A DNA stretch of 50,629 nucleotides, from the sequence record SRR31156797_2106; one strand, given 5' to 3'. The position numbers and the translations under genes were made by a program. Position 1 is the stretch's first letter. Each line of letters opens with the position of its first letter. Of the stretch, positions 9,245 to 17,710 are shown in pieces. The notes beneath the pieces are model-generated. The model ran no database searches and was not told where the DNA came from. It worked only from the letters and a program-made list of their open reading frames with translations.

Positions 9245-10219
9245 ATGACTGACATTAGAAACAACTGGACCTTCGAAGAAGTTAAAGAAATTTATGACCT
9301 GCCACTTTTGGATTTGGTCAATCGCGCATCCAATATCCACCGCCAATACCACGATTCTACAAAAATGAACATGAACACATTAATTTCGGTTCGTACCGGA
9401 GCGTGTTCTCAAGATTGTAAGTATTGTGCCCAATCGGCTCGATACAATACCCATGTTAAACCAGAAAAACTTAGTTTAGAAAAAGTTTTGGAAGAAGCTC
9501 GTTTTGCCAAAGAGAATGGCGTAAAACGTGTTTGCCTAAGTTCGGCAGGTAGAGATGGAAATCGCGACGATCGTTTCGACGAAATGGCTGAAATGATTAC
9601 CGAAGTAAAGAAAATGGGACTTGAGGTTTGTTGTACCATGGGAATGATCAACAAAGACAAAGCGAAGAAATTGGCTGATTTGGGCATTACTGCAGTAAAT
9701 CACAATATCGATACATCAGAACGTCATTATCCTAACATTACCACAACCAGAACCTATGCCGATAGATTAGAAACTCTTGCCAATTTACAGGAGGCTGGTA
9801 TTTCGTACTGCTCGGGTGGTATTTTAGGTATGGGCGAAACCGACGAAGATAGAATTGAAATGCTTCGTACCCTATCGAACCAGGAAGTTCACCCTTACAA
9901 TGTTCCTTTGAATTCTTTGGTTCCTGTTGAAGGAACTCCATTTTTTGGAAAAGAAACCATTGGTATTTTTGAAATGGTTCGTGCAGTGGCCACCGCTCGT
10001 ATTCTAATGCCTAAAACAGTAATTGCCTTTGCTGCGGGTAGAACTCACTACAGCCAGGAAGGTCAGGCGCTTTGTTTTCTTGCAGGTGCCAACTCCATTT
10101 TCTTTGGTGACAAGCTACTTACAGTAGAAAACATGACCATTAACGAGGATCAGCATTTGTTGGATACCATTGGAATGGTTCCTACTCGTTATCACGAATT
10201 AACAACATTAGAAAAATAG
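9245..10219 (+). CDS. bioB: Biotin synthase family radical SAM enzyme (atypical)
   Basis: TGACSQDCKYCAQS, NHNIDTS, CSGGILGMGE, VPLNSL, CFLAGANSIFFGDKLLT. Confidence 0.88.
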   Translation: MTDIRNNWTFEEVKEIYDLPLLDLVNRASNIHRQYHDSTKMNMNTLISVRTGACSQDCKYCAQSARYNTHVKPEKLSLEKVLEEARFAKENGVKRVCLSSAGRDGNRDDRFDEMAEMITEVKKMGLEVCCTMGMINKDKAKKLADLGITAVNHNIDTSERHYPNITTTRTYADRLETLANLQEAGISYCSGGILGMGETDEDRIEMLRTLSNQEVHPYNVPLNSLVPVEGTPFFGKETIGIFEMVRAVATARILMPKTVIAFAAGRTHYSQEGQALCFLAGANSIFFGDKLLTVENMTINEDQHLLDTIGMVPTRYHELTTLEK

Positions 10220-10270
10220 CAATAAGCTATTATTGATATCCTAACTTTAAGTGAGAACATAAAACTATAT

Positions 10271-10302
10271 AAAGAGCTTCACGACCAGTGAGGCTCTTTT
10301 TA
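10271..10302 (+). terminator. Rho-independent terminator after bioB
   Basis: AAAGAGCTTCAC-gacca-GTGAGGCTCTTT followed by T-run. Confidence 0.8.
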
Positions 10303-10398
10303 TTGATATCAATTGTTCTACTACTTATCAAGCAATCAGAAAATTCGAAGCAGATTAAATAAGCTGGAAAAAAGCTCTAGATTAATCCAACCTATAAT

Positions 10399-10630
10399 TT
10401 CGATGCCGAAAACGCATGCCAGGAAAATTCAAAGGGCATTTTCGGTACCGGAAGTGTGGGTTGAAAAAATACGAAGGCACTTTCCGACACCGGAAACCCA
10501 TGCCGGAAAAATACAAAGCTATCTTCCGACGCCGGAAACGCATGTCAGGAAAATTTGGAAGGCATTTTCGGTGCCGGAAATATATGGCAGGAGAATTCTG
10601 AACAGCTTTTCAAAACCGCAAACGCATAGG
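10399..10630. repeat. Degenerate tandem repeat, 42-bp period, ~5.5 units, each with a TTYCG-N4-CGRAA palindrome
   Basis: Units start at 10399, 10441, 10483, 10525, 10567, 10609 and align without gaps. Confidence 0.9.
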
Positions 10631-10643
10631 CTAAATCCTCTAT

Positions 10644-11357
10644 TTATGCGTTGCGAATCATTTCTTTTAATCCCTCTCGATAAGAGCTCGCAACTGGAAT
10701 CATTTTCTGATTGATACTAACCTGATTTCCCTCCAGGTAATCAATCTTATCCGTATTAATGATATAGGATCGGTGAATTCGTAAAAAGTTATTTTGGGGA
10801 AGTTTAGACTGGAAAGCTTTAAGTGTTTCATGAATTACAATACAATCCTCATCACGATAAAGCTTTAAATAATCACCATCCGATTCAATAAAATTTAGAT
10901 CACTGGTTTTTAGCAAATAGGTTTTCTTGTTCGACTTTACAGTGATTGTGGAATCAGATTGTACATCAGAACTCTCAGTAATTTTTTGCAGTCCAGTAAA
11001 CTTGTTTACCGCTTTTAAAAATCGATTGAAAGAAAATGGTTTCAACAGATAATCCAAAGCATTGAGATCGAATCCTTCCACCGCATACTCGGGATAAGCT
11101 GTAGTAAATATTACATTGGGTACCTCATCTAAACTTTTCAACCACTCAATACCATTTAGTTTTGGCATATTGATATCCAAAAACAGGAGATCTATTTTTT
11201 GATTAAGTAATATGGTGTTTGCCTCAATGGCATCTTTGCAAACCCCCTTTAAATCCAATTGCGGACAATCCTGGATATAGGCTTCCAATATCTCTTGCGA
11301 TATGGGTTCATCCTCCACAATCAGACAGGTGTATGTATTTTCTTTGGGTGAGTTCAT
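10644..11357 (-). CDS. LytR/AlgR family response regulator
   Basis: Receiver IVEDE...FLDINMP...FTTAY...DYLLKP; LytTR FLRIHRSYIIN. Confidence 0.95.
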   Translation of the reverse strand: MNSPKENTYTCLIVEDEPISQEILEAYIQDCPQLDLKGVCKDAIEANTILLNQKIDLLFLDINMPKLNGIEWLKSLDEVPNVIFTTAYPEYAVEGFDLNALDYLLKPFSFNRFLKAVNKFTGLQKITESSDVQSDSTITVKSNKKTYLLKTSDLNFIESDGDYLKLYRDEDCIVIHETLKAFQSKLPQNNFLRIHRSYIINTDKIDYLEGNQVSINQKMIPVASSYREGLKEMIRNA

Positions 11358-12409
11358 TTTAGATTTAGTTTGAGTTCAACGGTAAATTCCTCCTCAGTTT
11401 GGGTGAGATTTAAATTGTATTGATCTTGATAATAGGATTGCAATCGACTTTTCACATTCTCAATACCAAACCCACCAATTTCATCAATTTCCTCTCCTGT
11501 TCGCAGTGGAATAGAATTCTTTAATCGCATTTCTAAATTCTCCTCATCAATATTTATCGATAAATCGATGATGTTTTTATCGTTTTGATTCATTCCTCCG
11601 TGCTTAAAGCTGTTCTCGATAAAAGGAATTAGAAGAAAAGGTACGATCTGATGTGAATCCAATTCTCCAATGATTTCGTATTGAATCTTCGTTGTCTTGT
11701 CACATCGTAGCCTTTGTAATTCAAGGTAATTTACAATGTAATCCAACTCCTTATCTAAAGAGACAAATTTATCTTTGGTTTCGTAAATCATGTATCGCAT
11801 TAATGCAGATAATTTTAAAATGTATTCCGGTGTTTCATCGGCTTTCTTTCTTGCCAATCCATACAATGAGGTTAGGTTGTTGAATAGAAAATGCGGATTA
11901 ATATTTGATTTTAATGCCTTTAGTTCAGTTTCTGCTTGTTCCCGTTTTAAGGCTTCCAATTTCTTTTCGGTCTCCAGTACCTGAAACCATGATTTCGAAA
12001 GTTTCAGCAATGTACTTAATGCGATGTATACAAAACTAAACTTCAATAAATCATCGATTTCGTAGGAGGATATGAAAAAATAATCTGGCGCAATTTTATC
12101 GCTTAATTTTTCGAAAGTAAGTTGATTGATAAAAGCAGTACCATACCATAAAGCCACCAAGCCTATAAAATACAAGCTATACTTTTCTCTTTTCAGTAAA
12201 AATTGAATCAATATTGCAGTATTCAAGTAAACACCAATCACCAAACTAATATGAAAAAGCAATGTGTAAACAATATCTATATCCGATATTTCATCCTCCA
12301 AAGCAAAAAACTGAACTAGTACATAGAAAGAAGCCATCCAAAACAGAACATGCTGTAGCACTCTGTTTTGAATGAACTTGCTTAAACCATTTTTTAATCT
12401 ACTGATCAT
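11354..12409 (-). CDS. LytS/YehU family sensor histidine kinase
   Basis: N-terminal TM helices, LKSNINPHFLFNNL H-box, FIENSFKHG, GFGIENV; 4-nt overlap with lytR. Confidence 0.93.
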   Translation of the reverse strand: MISRLKNGLSKFIQNRVLQHVLFWMASFYVLVQFFALEDEISDIDIVYTLLFHISLVIGVYLNTAILIQFLLKREKYSLYFIGLVALWYGTAFINQLTFEKLSDKIAPDYFFISSYEIDDLLKFSFVYIALSTLLKLSKSWFQVLETEKKLEALKREQAETELKALKSNINPHFLFNNLTSLYGLARKKADETPEYILKLSALMRYMIYETKDKFVSLDKELDYIVNYLELQRLRCDKTTKIQYEIIGELDSHQIVPFLLIPFIENSFKHGGMNQNDKNIIDLSINIDEENLEMRLKNSIPLRTGEEIDEIGGFGIENVKSRLQSYYQDQYNLNLTQTEEEFTVELKLNLK

Positions 12410-12446
12410 TTATGCTTTTTATTGACAACCCGTCTTTAAATCGAGT

Positions 12447-13238
12447 TTAATTTTTTAAACGCTTTAAAATCAATGCTTCCTTAGGATCATTAAACATCTT
12501 TGTATCGGCAAATTTTATTAGGAATTTTTGAATATCTGGCGTCTTTGCAGTAATAATGATATTCTCATCTCGTTCCACATATTCAATTCTGATTCTTTTT
12601 TTCTTTAATAACTCTTCAAAATCATCATACTCAATACCATTAATCATTAATTTATCATCTTTAATATCCAGCTTAAAAAAACCATGTGTTCTGGCAATTA
12701 ATGCACTCATATAACTTTCGTCCAGTTTATTCTCCAAACATTTTTTATTTGGAATAACATCTAAAAAATAGTTTCCATCCAATTTCGAGAGTTTTCCATC
12801 GAATATGCTAGTATCTTTTTCAGAGAAAATTTTAATTTGATAATGCTTTCTCAATTGAGGGGTAAAAAAGAAATTTTCAATTTTTTCCTTATCTGCCTCA
12901 CTATAATTTCTTTTTTTTGATTTTCCTTCAAAAAATGCATTTTCCTCTTCAATGCTAGCTTTCTTCTTTTTACTACCAGATCCATTAAAAAATGCTTCTT
13001 CCTTACTCATTCCTTTAGGGGGTGTTTTATCTTTTTTCACTTCCAAGCCTGTGGAATCTACAACTGTAGTAATTTCATATCTGGTTTTATCCTCTTCCAT
13101 CCATACGCCATCCAATTCATCCAAATGCACTCTGTCGCTATCGGTATATAAAGGATGTAAGGAACTCACCACACAGGATTGAGTTGCAAAAAGAATTAGA
13201 AGAAACAGACAGCTGAATTTAAAATATTTAGTTTTCAT
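12447..13238 (-). CDS. Hypothetical lipoprotein
   Basis: Lipobox ATQSC followed by VVSSLHPLY; first gene of the apparent lipoprotein-LytS-LytR operon. Confidence 0.8.
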   Translation of the reverse strand: MKTKYFKFSCLFLLILFATQSCVVSSLHPLYTDSDRVHLDELDGVWMEEDKTRYEITTVVDSTGLEVKKDKTPPKGMSKEEAFFNGSGSKKKKASIEEENAFFEGKSKKRNYSEADKEKIENFFFTPQLRKHYQIKIFSEKDTSIFDGKLSKLDGNYFLDVIPNKKCLENKLDESYMSALIARTHGFFKLDIKDDKLMINGIEYDDFEELLKKKRIRIEYVERDENIIITAKTPDIQKFLIKFADTKMFNDPKEALILKRLKN

Positions 13239-13331
13239 GACTTTTTATTTTTTGTGAAACAATTGGCTATCCGCGGAGATGACCATTATCTACCATCTAA
13301 ATAAGAGAATGCGTTTCCCATATTGAAATTT

Positions 13332-13402
13332 TTTCGATGAGTGCAATCTGTTTATCGGTACACAATCAGAAAATTTCGTTTTCAATTATTCACACCTCGT
13401 CT
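13332..13402. promoter_or_regulatory. Candidate LytTR binding array (TCG core at exact 21-bp period, four copies)
   Basis: TCG at 13334, 13355, 13376, 13397 upstream of the LytS/LytR operon. Confidence 0.5.
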
Positions 13403-13509
13403 TAGCTATCAAACTTAATAGTAAGAAAGGAATAATTAAAACATAATCCGTACTTTCCGATAGTTTTTTGTAAGTTCATACACTCTAAAACTAACCCAAA
13501 CCCTAAAAT

Positions 13510-14970
13510 ATGAACCTTCAAAAGAAAAGCCTCTCTTTGGGCGAAGCCCTTATTCCTATTGTTCTTTTAATTCTCCTCCTTAGCGTTAATGCGTATATTT
13601 TTGGTGACAACGCCATTTCAGGAGCCAACCAATTTTCCCTTCTAATTGCAGCGGCAGTTGGCGGTATAATTGCCATTCGTCATGGCAAAGGCTGGGAAGA
13701 CATTCAGAAAGGTTTTGTGAAAAGTATTGGTACGGCTATGCCTTCCATGTTAATATTATTATTGATTGGTTCTTTGGCAGGAACCTGGATGATATCAGGT
13801 GTTGTCCCTGCCATGATCTATTACGGATTGGAATTTCTAAGTCCAAAATTGTTTCTGATGTTATCGGTTGTTATTTGTGCTATTGTATCTGTAGTATCCG
13901 GCAGTTCATGGTCAACCATTGCCACTATCGGCGTTGCCTTATTGGGAATTGGAAATGCCATGGAGATCAATCCGGCTTTGGTTGCCGGTGCAATTATTTC
14001 CGGTGCTTATTTTGGCGATAAAATCTCTCCTCTATCCGATACCACGAACCTGGCTCCTGCAATGGCTAATGTGGATCTGTTTGTACACATCCGTTACATG
14101 ATGTATACCACCATACCCTCTATATTAATAACGCTTGTAATTTTTCTGGTAATAGGTTTAACCAAACATGGTGAAATAGATCCTGAAAGCATTCGCCAGG
14201 TGCAATCCGCCATAAAAGACAATTTCACCATTACACCTTGGTTGTTTTTAGTTCCTGTATTGCTATTTGTAATCATCAGTAAAAAAGTACCTGCTCTGCC
14301 TGCAATTTTTGCTGGTACATTAATTGGAGGAATTTTTGCCATCATCTTTCAACCTCAAATCATCTTTCAATTGTCAGATAGCACTTCATTTATTCAAGCT
14401 TCCTACGATACGGTTATGCAATCTATCTTTACAGATATTAGTGTTCCTGTTGAAAATGAAAACATTCAAGATTTACTTTCAACTGGAGGTATGAAAGGAA
14501 TGCTAAACACAATATGGCTAATTTTAACCGCTATGGTATTTAGTGGCATACTGGAAACTGCTGGTATTTTAAAGAAAATCACCGAAACCATGTTAAAGGC
14601 TGTACATTCTACGGGCTCGTTAGTTACAACCACTGCTGTTAGTTGTGGATTTTTAAATTTGACTGCATCCGACCAATACATTTCCATTGTAGTTACAGGG
14701 AGAATGTTTGCCAAATCGTATAAAGATCAGGATTTAAAACCCGAAGTATTGAGTCGTACTCTCGAAGATTCGGGAACAGTTACCTCGGTTTTGGTTCCGT
14801 GGAATACATGTGGTGCTGCACAAGCGGGTGCATTGGGAATCGCAACTGCAGCTTTCGCTCCATTTTGCTTCTTTAATATCATTAGTCCCATAGTTACCAT
14901 TACAATGGCATACCTTAATATTAAAATCCGAAGAATCAGTGATCAGGGAATAGTAAACGATGAACAGTAA
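13510..14970 (+). CDS. nhaC: Na+/H+ antiporter NhaC family protein
   Basis: GSSWSTIATIG, GAIISGAYFGDKISPLSDTTNLA, LSRTLEDSGTVTSVLVPWN. Confidence 0.92.
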   Translation: MNLQKKSLSLGEALIPIVLLILLLSVNAYIFGDNAISGANQFSLLIAAAVGGIIAIRHGKGWEDIQKGFVKSIGTAMPSMLILLLIGSLAGTWMISGVVPAMIYYGLEFLSPKLFLMLSVVICAIVSVVSGSSWSTIATIGVALLGIGNAMEINPALVAGAIISGAYFGDKISPLSDTTNLAPAMANVDLFVHIRYMMYTTIPSILITLVIFLVIGLTKHGEIDPESIRQVQSAIKDNFTITPWLFLVPVLLFVIISKKVPALPAIFAGTLIGGIFAIIFQPQIIFQLSDSTSFIQASYDTVMQSIFTDISVPVENENIQDLLSTGGMKGMLNTIWLILTAMVFSGILETAGILKKITETMLKAVHSTGSLVTTTAVSCGFLNLTASDQYISIVVTGRMFAKSYKDQDLKPEVLSRTLEDSGTVTSVLVPWNTCGAAQAGALGIATAAFAPFCFFNIISPIVTITMAYLNIKIRRISDQGIVNDEQ

Positions 14971-14996
14971 TCAGTTATCAGCAAACAATGATCTGA
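14934..14996 (+). repeat. Degenerate heptamer tandem repeat (9 units) spanning the nhaC stop codon
   Basis: aatcagt gatcagg gaatagt aaacgat gaacagt aatcagt tatcagc aaacaat gatctga. Confidence 0.7.
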
Positions 14997-15019
14997 AAGC
15001 GTAAGATTAAACACAAATA

Positions 15020-15240
15020 CACCTCTAAGTTCGAGTGGGATTTCTGGGCATGGGAAGGTCAAACTGCTTATAGGCAGAAAACTTTTAGTAAGTCGGGGAA
15101 GCTTCGAAGAATTGAGAAGATCACCCCGCCGCACTTAAAGTTTTCAAGTAGAAGTAATTTGAGCTTACTCGCCCTAGATTTTTTGCACCCTTTTTCATCT
15201 ATGGAAAAAGGATGAGCCCCTGCGGCTTGAGCAGATAAAG
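15020..15240. other. Relatively GC-rich, multi-hairpin intergenic element (structured RNA or non-autonomous repeat)
   Basis: Stems 15064-15077, 15077-15145, 15153-15169, 15186-15214 plus a possible pseudoknot 15175-15179/15197-15201. Confidence 0.55.
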
Positions 15241-15372
15241 TAAGTGAGTAAATTTGCAAGTGAAGTTGTATAATACTTGTTACTTGACAACTTAAATATC
15301 ATAAGTTAAAAATCAATCTCATAAAGCCGATTCTTGTGAAATTCTAAACCTGAGGTATTTTCATGAAATTTT

Positions 15373-15421
15373 AATTCATGATAATACTCATAAATCATGA
15401 ATTGTTTTTTTTTTAGATTTG
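15373..15421 (+). promoter_or_regulatory. pruA promoter region: 10-bp inverted repeat plus -7 box TAGATTTG
   Basis: AATTCATGAT-N11-ATCATGAATT (15373-15403); TAnnTTTG at 15414-15421. Confidence 0.55.
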
Positions 15422-15473
15422 CTCAGAGAGTATAAGAAAACAGAAATAAAATAACCCTTAAACAAACATTATC

Positions 15474-17105
15474 ATGCCAAAAGGTATATACAATGTTCCG
15501 GTTGCAACCAACGAGCCTATTTACTCATATGCACCAGGATCTACTGAAAGAGCTGAATTGCAAGCTACAATTAAAAACATGCGTTCTGAAGTAATCGATG
15601 TACCTATGTACATTGGTAGCGAAGAAGTTAGAACTGGTAATTTAAAAGCCATGACTCCTCCGCACGATCACCAACACGTTTTGGGACATTACCACCAGGG
15701 AAGTAAGGAAAACATCCAAATGGCTATTGATGCTGCTTTAGCGGCTAAGCCAGCATGGGAAAACCTTGCATGGGAGCATCGTGCTTCTATCTTCTTGAAA
15801 GCTGCTGAATTAATTTCTGGTCCTTACCGTATGAAAATTAATGCAGCTACAATGTTGGGACAATCAAAGAATGCTTTCCAGGCTGAGATCGACTCTGCTT
15901 GTGAGATTGCTGACTTCTTGCGTTTCAACGTTCAATATATGACTGAGATTTACAAGCAACAGCCTGTTTCTTCAAAAGGTGTTTGGAATCGCGTTGAGCA
16001 GCGTCCATTAGAAGGTTTTATTTTCGCATTAACTCCTTTCAACTTTACTGCTATTGCTGGTAACCTTCCAACTGCTCCTGCAATGATGGGTAATACTGTT
16101 GTTTGGAAACCATCTAAAACTGCAGTTTATTCTGCTCAGGTTTTAATGGAAATTTTCAAAAAAGCTGGTGTACCTGATGGAGTAATTAACTTGGTATATG
16201 TATCAGGTCCTGATGCTTCTGATGTTATTTTCAATTCTCCTGATTTTGCTGGTATTCACTTTACTGGTTCAACAGGTGTATTCCAGGATATCTGGAAAAC
16301 TATTGGTAACAACATTCACAAATACAAAACTTATCCACGTATCGTAGGTGAGACTGGTGGTAAAGACTACATTTTCATGCATCCAACTGCTGATGCAACT
16401 GATGTAGCTACCGGAATTATTCGCGGTGCTTTCGAATATCAAGGACAAAAATGTTCTGCTGCTTCAAGAGCTTACATTCCTGAAAGCAAATGGGCTGACG
16501 TGTTAGAGTTAGTTCAGGCTGACTTGGCTGAGATCAAGATGGGTGGAACTGAAGATTTCACTAACTTCCACAATGCGGTTATCGACGAAGCTTCTTTCGA
16601 CAAATTGGCTTCTGCAATTGACGAAGCAAAAGCTTCTCCTGATGCTGAGATCGTTGCTGGTGGTACTTACGACAAGTCTGTAGGTTACTTCATCGCTCCT
16701 ACTGTAATTCTAGCTAAAAAAGCTGATTACATTACAATGGAAGAAGAGTTATTCGGTCCTGTTATTACCATCTTCGTTTACGATGATGAGAAAGTAGATG
16801 AGACTTTGGATATTTTAGATCAAACTTCAATGTATGCACTAACAGGTGGTATTTTCGCTAACTGTCGTTATGCAATTGAAAAATTAGTGAAGCGTTTGAC
16901 TCACACTGCTGGTAACTTCTATATCAACGACAAGCCAACTGGTGCTGTTGTAGGTCAGCAGCCATTCGGTGGCTCTAGAGGTTCTGGTACTAATGATAAA
17001 GCTGGTTCTATGATTAACCTACTTCGTTGGGTTTCTCCACGAACTATCAAAGAAACATTTGTTCCTCCAGTAGATTATATGTATCCAAACTTTTTGGAAG
17101 ACTAA
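15474..17105 (+). CDS. pruA: L-glutamate gamma-semialdehyde (P5C) dehydrogenase
   Basis: TPFNFTAIAGNL, HFTGST, VGETGGKD, FEYQGQKCSAASR, NFYINDKPTGAVVGQQPFGG. Confidence 0.96.
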   Translation: MPKGIYNVPVATNEPIYSYAPGSTERAELQATIKNMRSEVIDVPMYIGSEEVRTGNLKAMTPPHDHQHVLGHYHQGSKENIQMAIDAALAAKPAWENLAWEHRASIFLKAAELISGPYRMKINAATMLGQSKNAFQAEIDSACEIADFLRFNVQYMTEIYKQQPVSSKGVWNRVEQRPLEGFIFALTPFNFTAIAGNLPTAPAMMGNTVVWKPSKTAVYSAQVLMEIFKKAGVPDGVINLVYVSGPDASDVIFNSPDFAGIHFTGSTGVFQDIWKTIGNNIHKYKTYPRIVGETGGKDYIFMHPTADATDVATGIIRGAFEYQGQKCSAASRAYIPESKWADVLELVQADLAEIKMGGTEDFTNFHNAVIDEASFDKLASAIDEAKASPDAEIVAGGTYDKSVGYFIAPTVILAKKADYITMEEELFGPVITIFVYDDEKVDETLDILDQTSMYALTGGIFANCRYAIEKLVKRLTHTAGNFYINDKPTGAVVGQQPFGGSRGSGTNDKAGSMINLLRWVSPRTIKETFVPPVDYMYPNFLED

Positions 17106-17110
17106 AAAAA

Positions 17111-17145
17111 AGATGCGAGATATTAGAAGAAAGATTTGAGAAAAT
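17111..17145 (+). repeat. Heptamer tandem repeat (AGAnnnn x5) after pruA
   Basis: agatgcg agatatt agaagaa agatttg agaaaat. Confidence 0.5.
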
Positions 17146-17227
17146 AAATTCTAATATCAAGCTTAAAAATATTGGAAAGTTAAATCGGATTTGTTCCGAT
17201 TTCCAATGACATGATTTATTTTGGATT

Positions 17228-17260
17228 AAAACGATCGGAGTTTACTTCGATCGTTTTTTT
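17228..17260 (+). terminator. Rho-independent terminator after pruA
   Basis: AAAACGATCGGAG-ttta-CTTCGATCGTTTT plus T-run. Confidence 0.8.
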
Positions 17261-17334
17261 ATTAAAATATATTTCTACTTTTTCACCTTTCTACTTTTGT
17301 ACTTTATTCGTAATTTAGCCCGAAAGATAAATCG

Positions 17335-17640
17335 ATGATTCTTAAACTAGCAAAAAAATATATCCCTCGGATGATCAGGAGTAAATACACCATTACCTTC
17401 CTGATTTTTTATACCTGGTTGTTTATAGGAGATCATAATTCGATTTTAGAAAGAAAATCAAACGAGTCAACCATTGAAGCTCTGGAAAAGGAGAAGACTT
17501 ATTTTCTGGAGAAGATTGAAAATGACAAAAAGAGAATTCACGAGTTAAAAACCAATCGTAAAAACCTGGAAAAATATGCTCGCGAACAATACCTCATGAA
17601 AAAGAAAAATGAGGATATTTTTATTGTGATTGAAGAGTAA
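17335..17640 (+). CDS. Septum formation initiator (FtsB/DivIC family)
   Basis: Single TM helix, coiled coil, LEKYAREQYLMKKKNEDIFI. Confidence 0.85.
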   Translation: MILKLAKKYIPRMIRSKYTITFLIFYTWLFIGDHNSILERKSNESTIEALEKEKTYFLEKIENDKKRIHELKTNRKNLEKYAREQYLMKKKNEDIFIVIEE

Positions 17641-17710
17641 ATTATTCTTTCTTTTGAGTGTCTGCAAAATTAGATTTTCCTTTACTCAAATGTTTCTGCA
17701 AAAAAACAAA

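Noticed and set aside
10399-10630. CRISPR array
   Set aside because: Period of 42 bp is too short, palindromic cores are degenerate, linkers are homologous to each other rather than unique, and no cas genes are present.
10313-10714. 133-aa ORF (and nested 61-aa ORF) as a confident gene
   Set aside because: TTG start, overlaps the lytR 3' end by 71 nt, and openness is explained by a repeat whose period is a multiple of three; kept only as an alternative hypothesis.
15030-15130. Cobalamin riboswitch (TGGGAAGG and AGTCGGGGA resemble parts of the B12 element)
   Set aside because: No GGGAA...CCC...GCCACTG core or B12 box in the right order, and the downstream gene is unrelated to B12.
14943-15259. 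Two 63-aa minus-strand ORFs
   Set aside because: Non-ATG starts, no recognisable protein features; they coincide with the structured element and heptamer tract.
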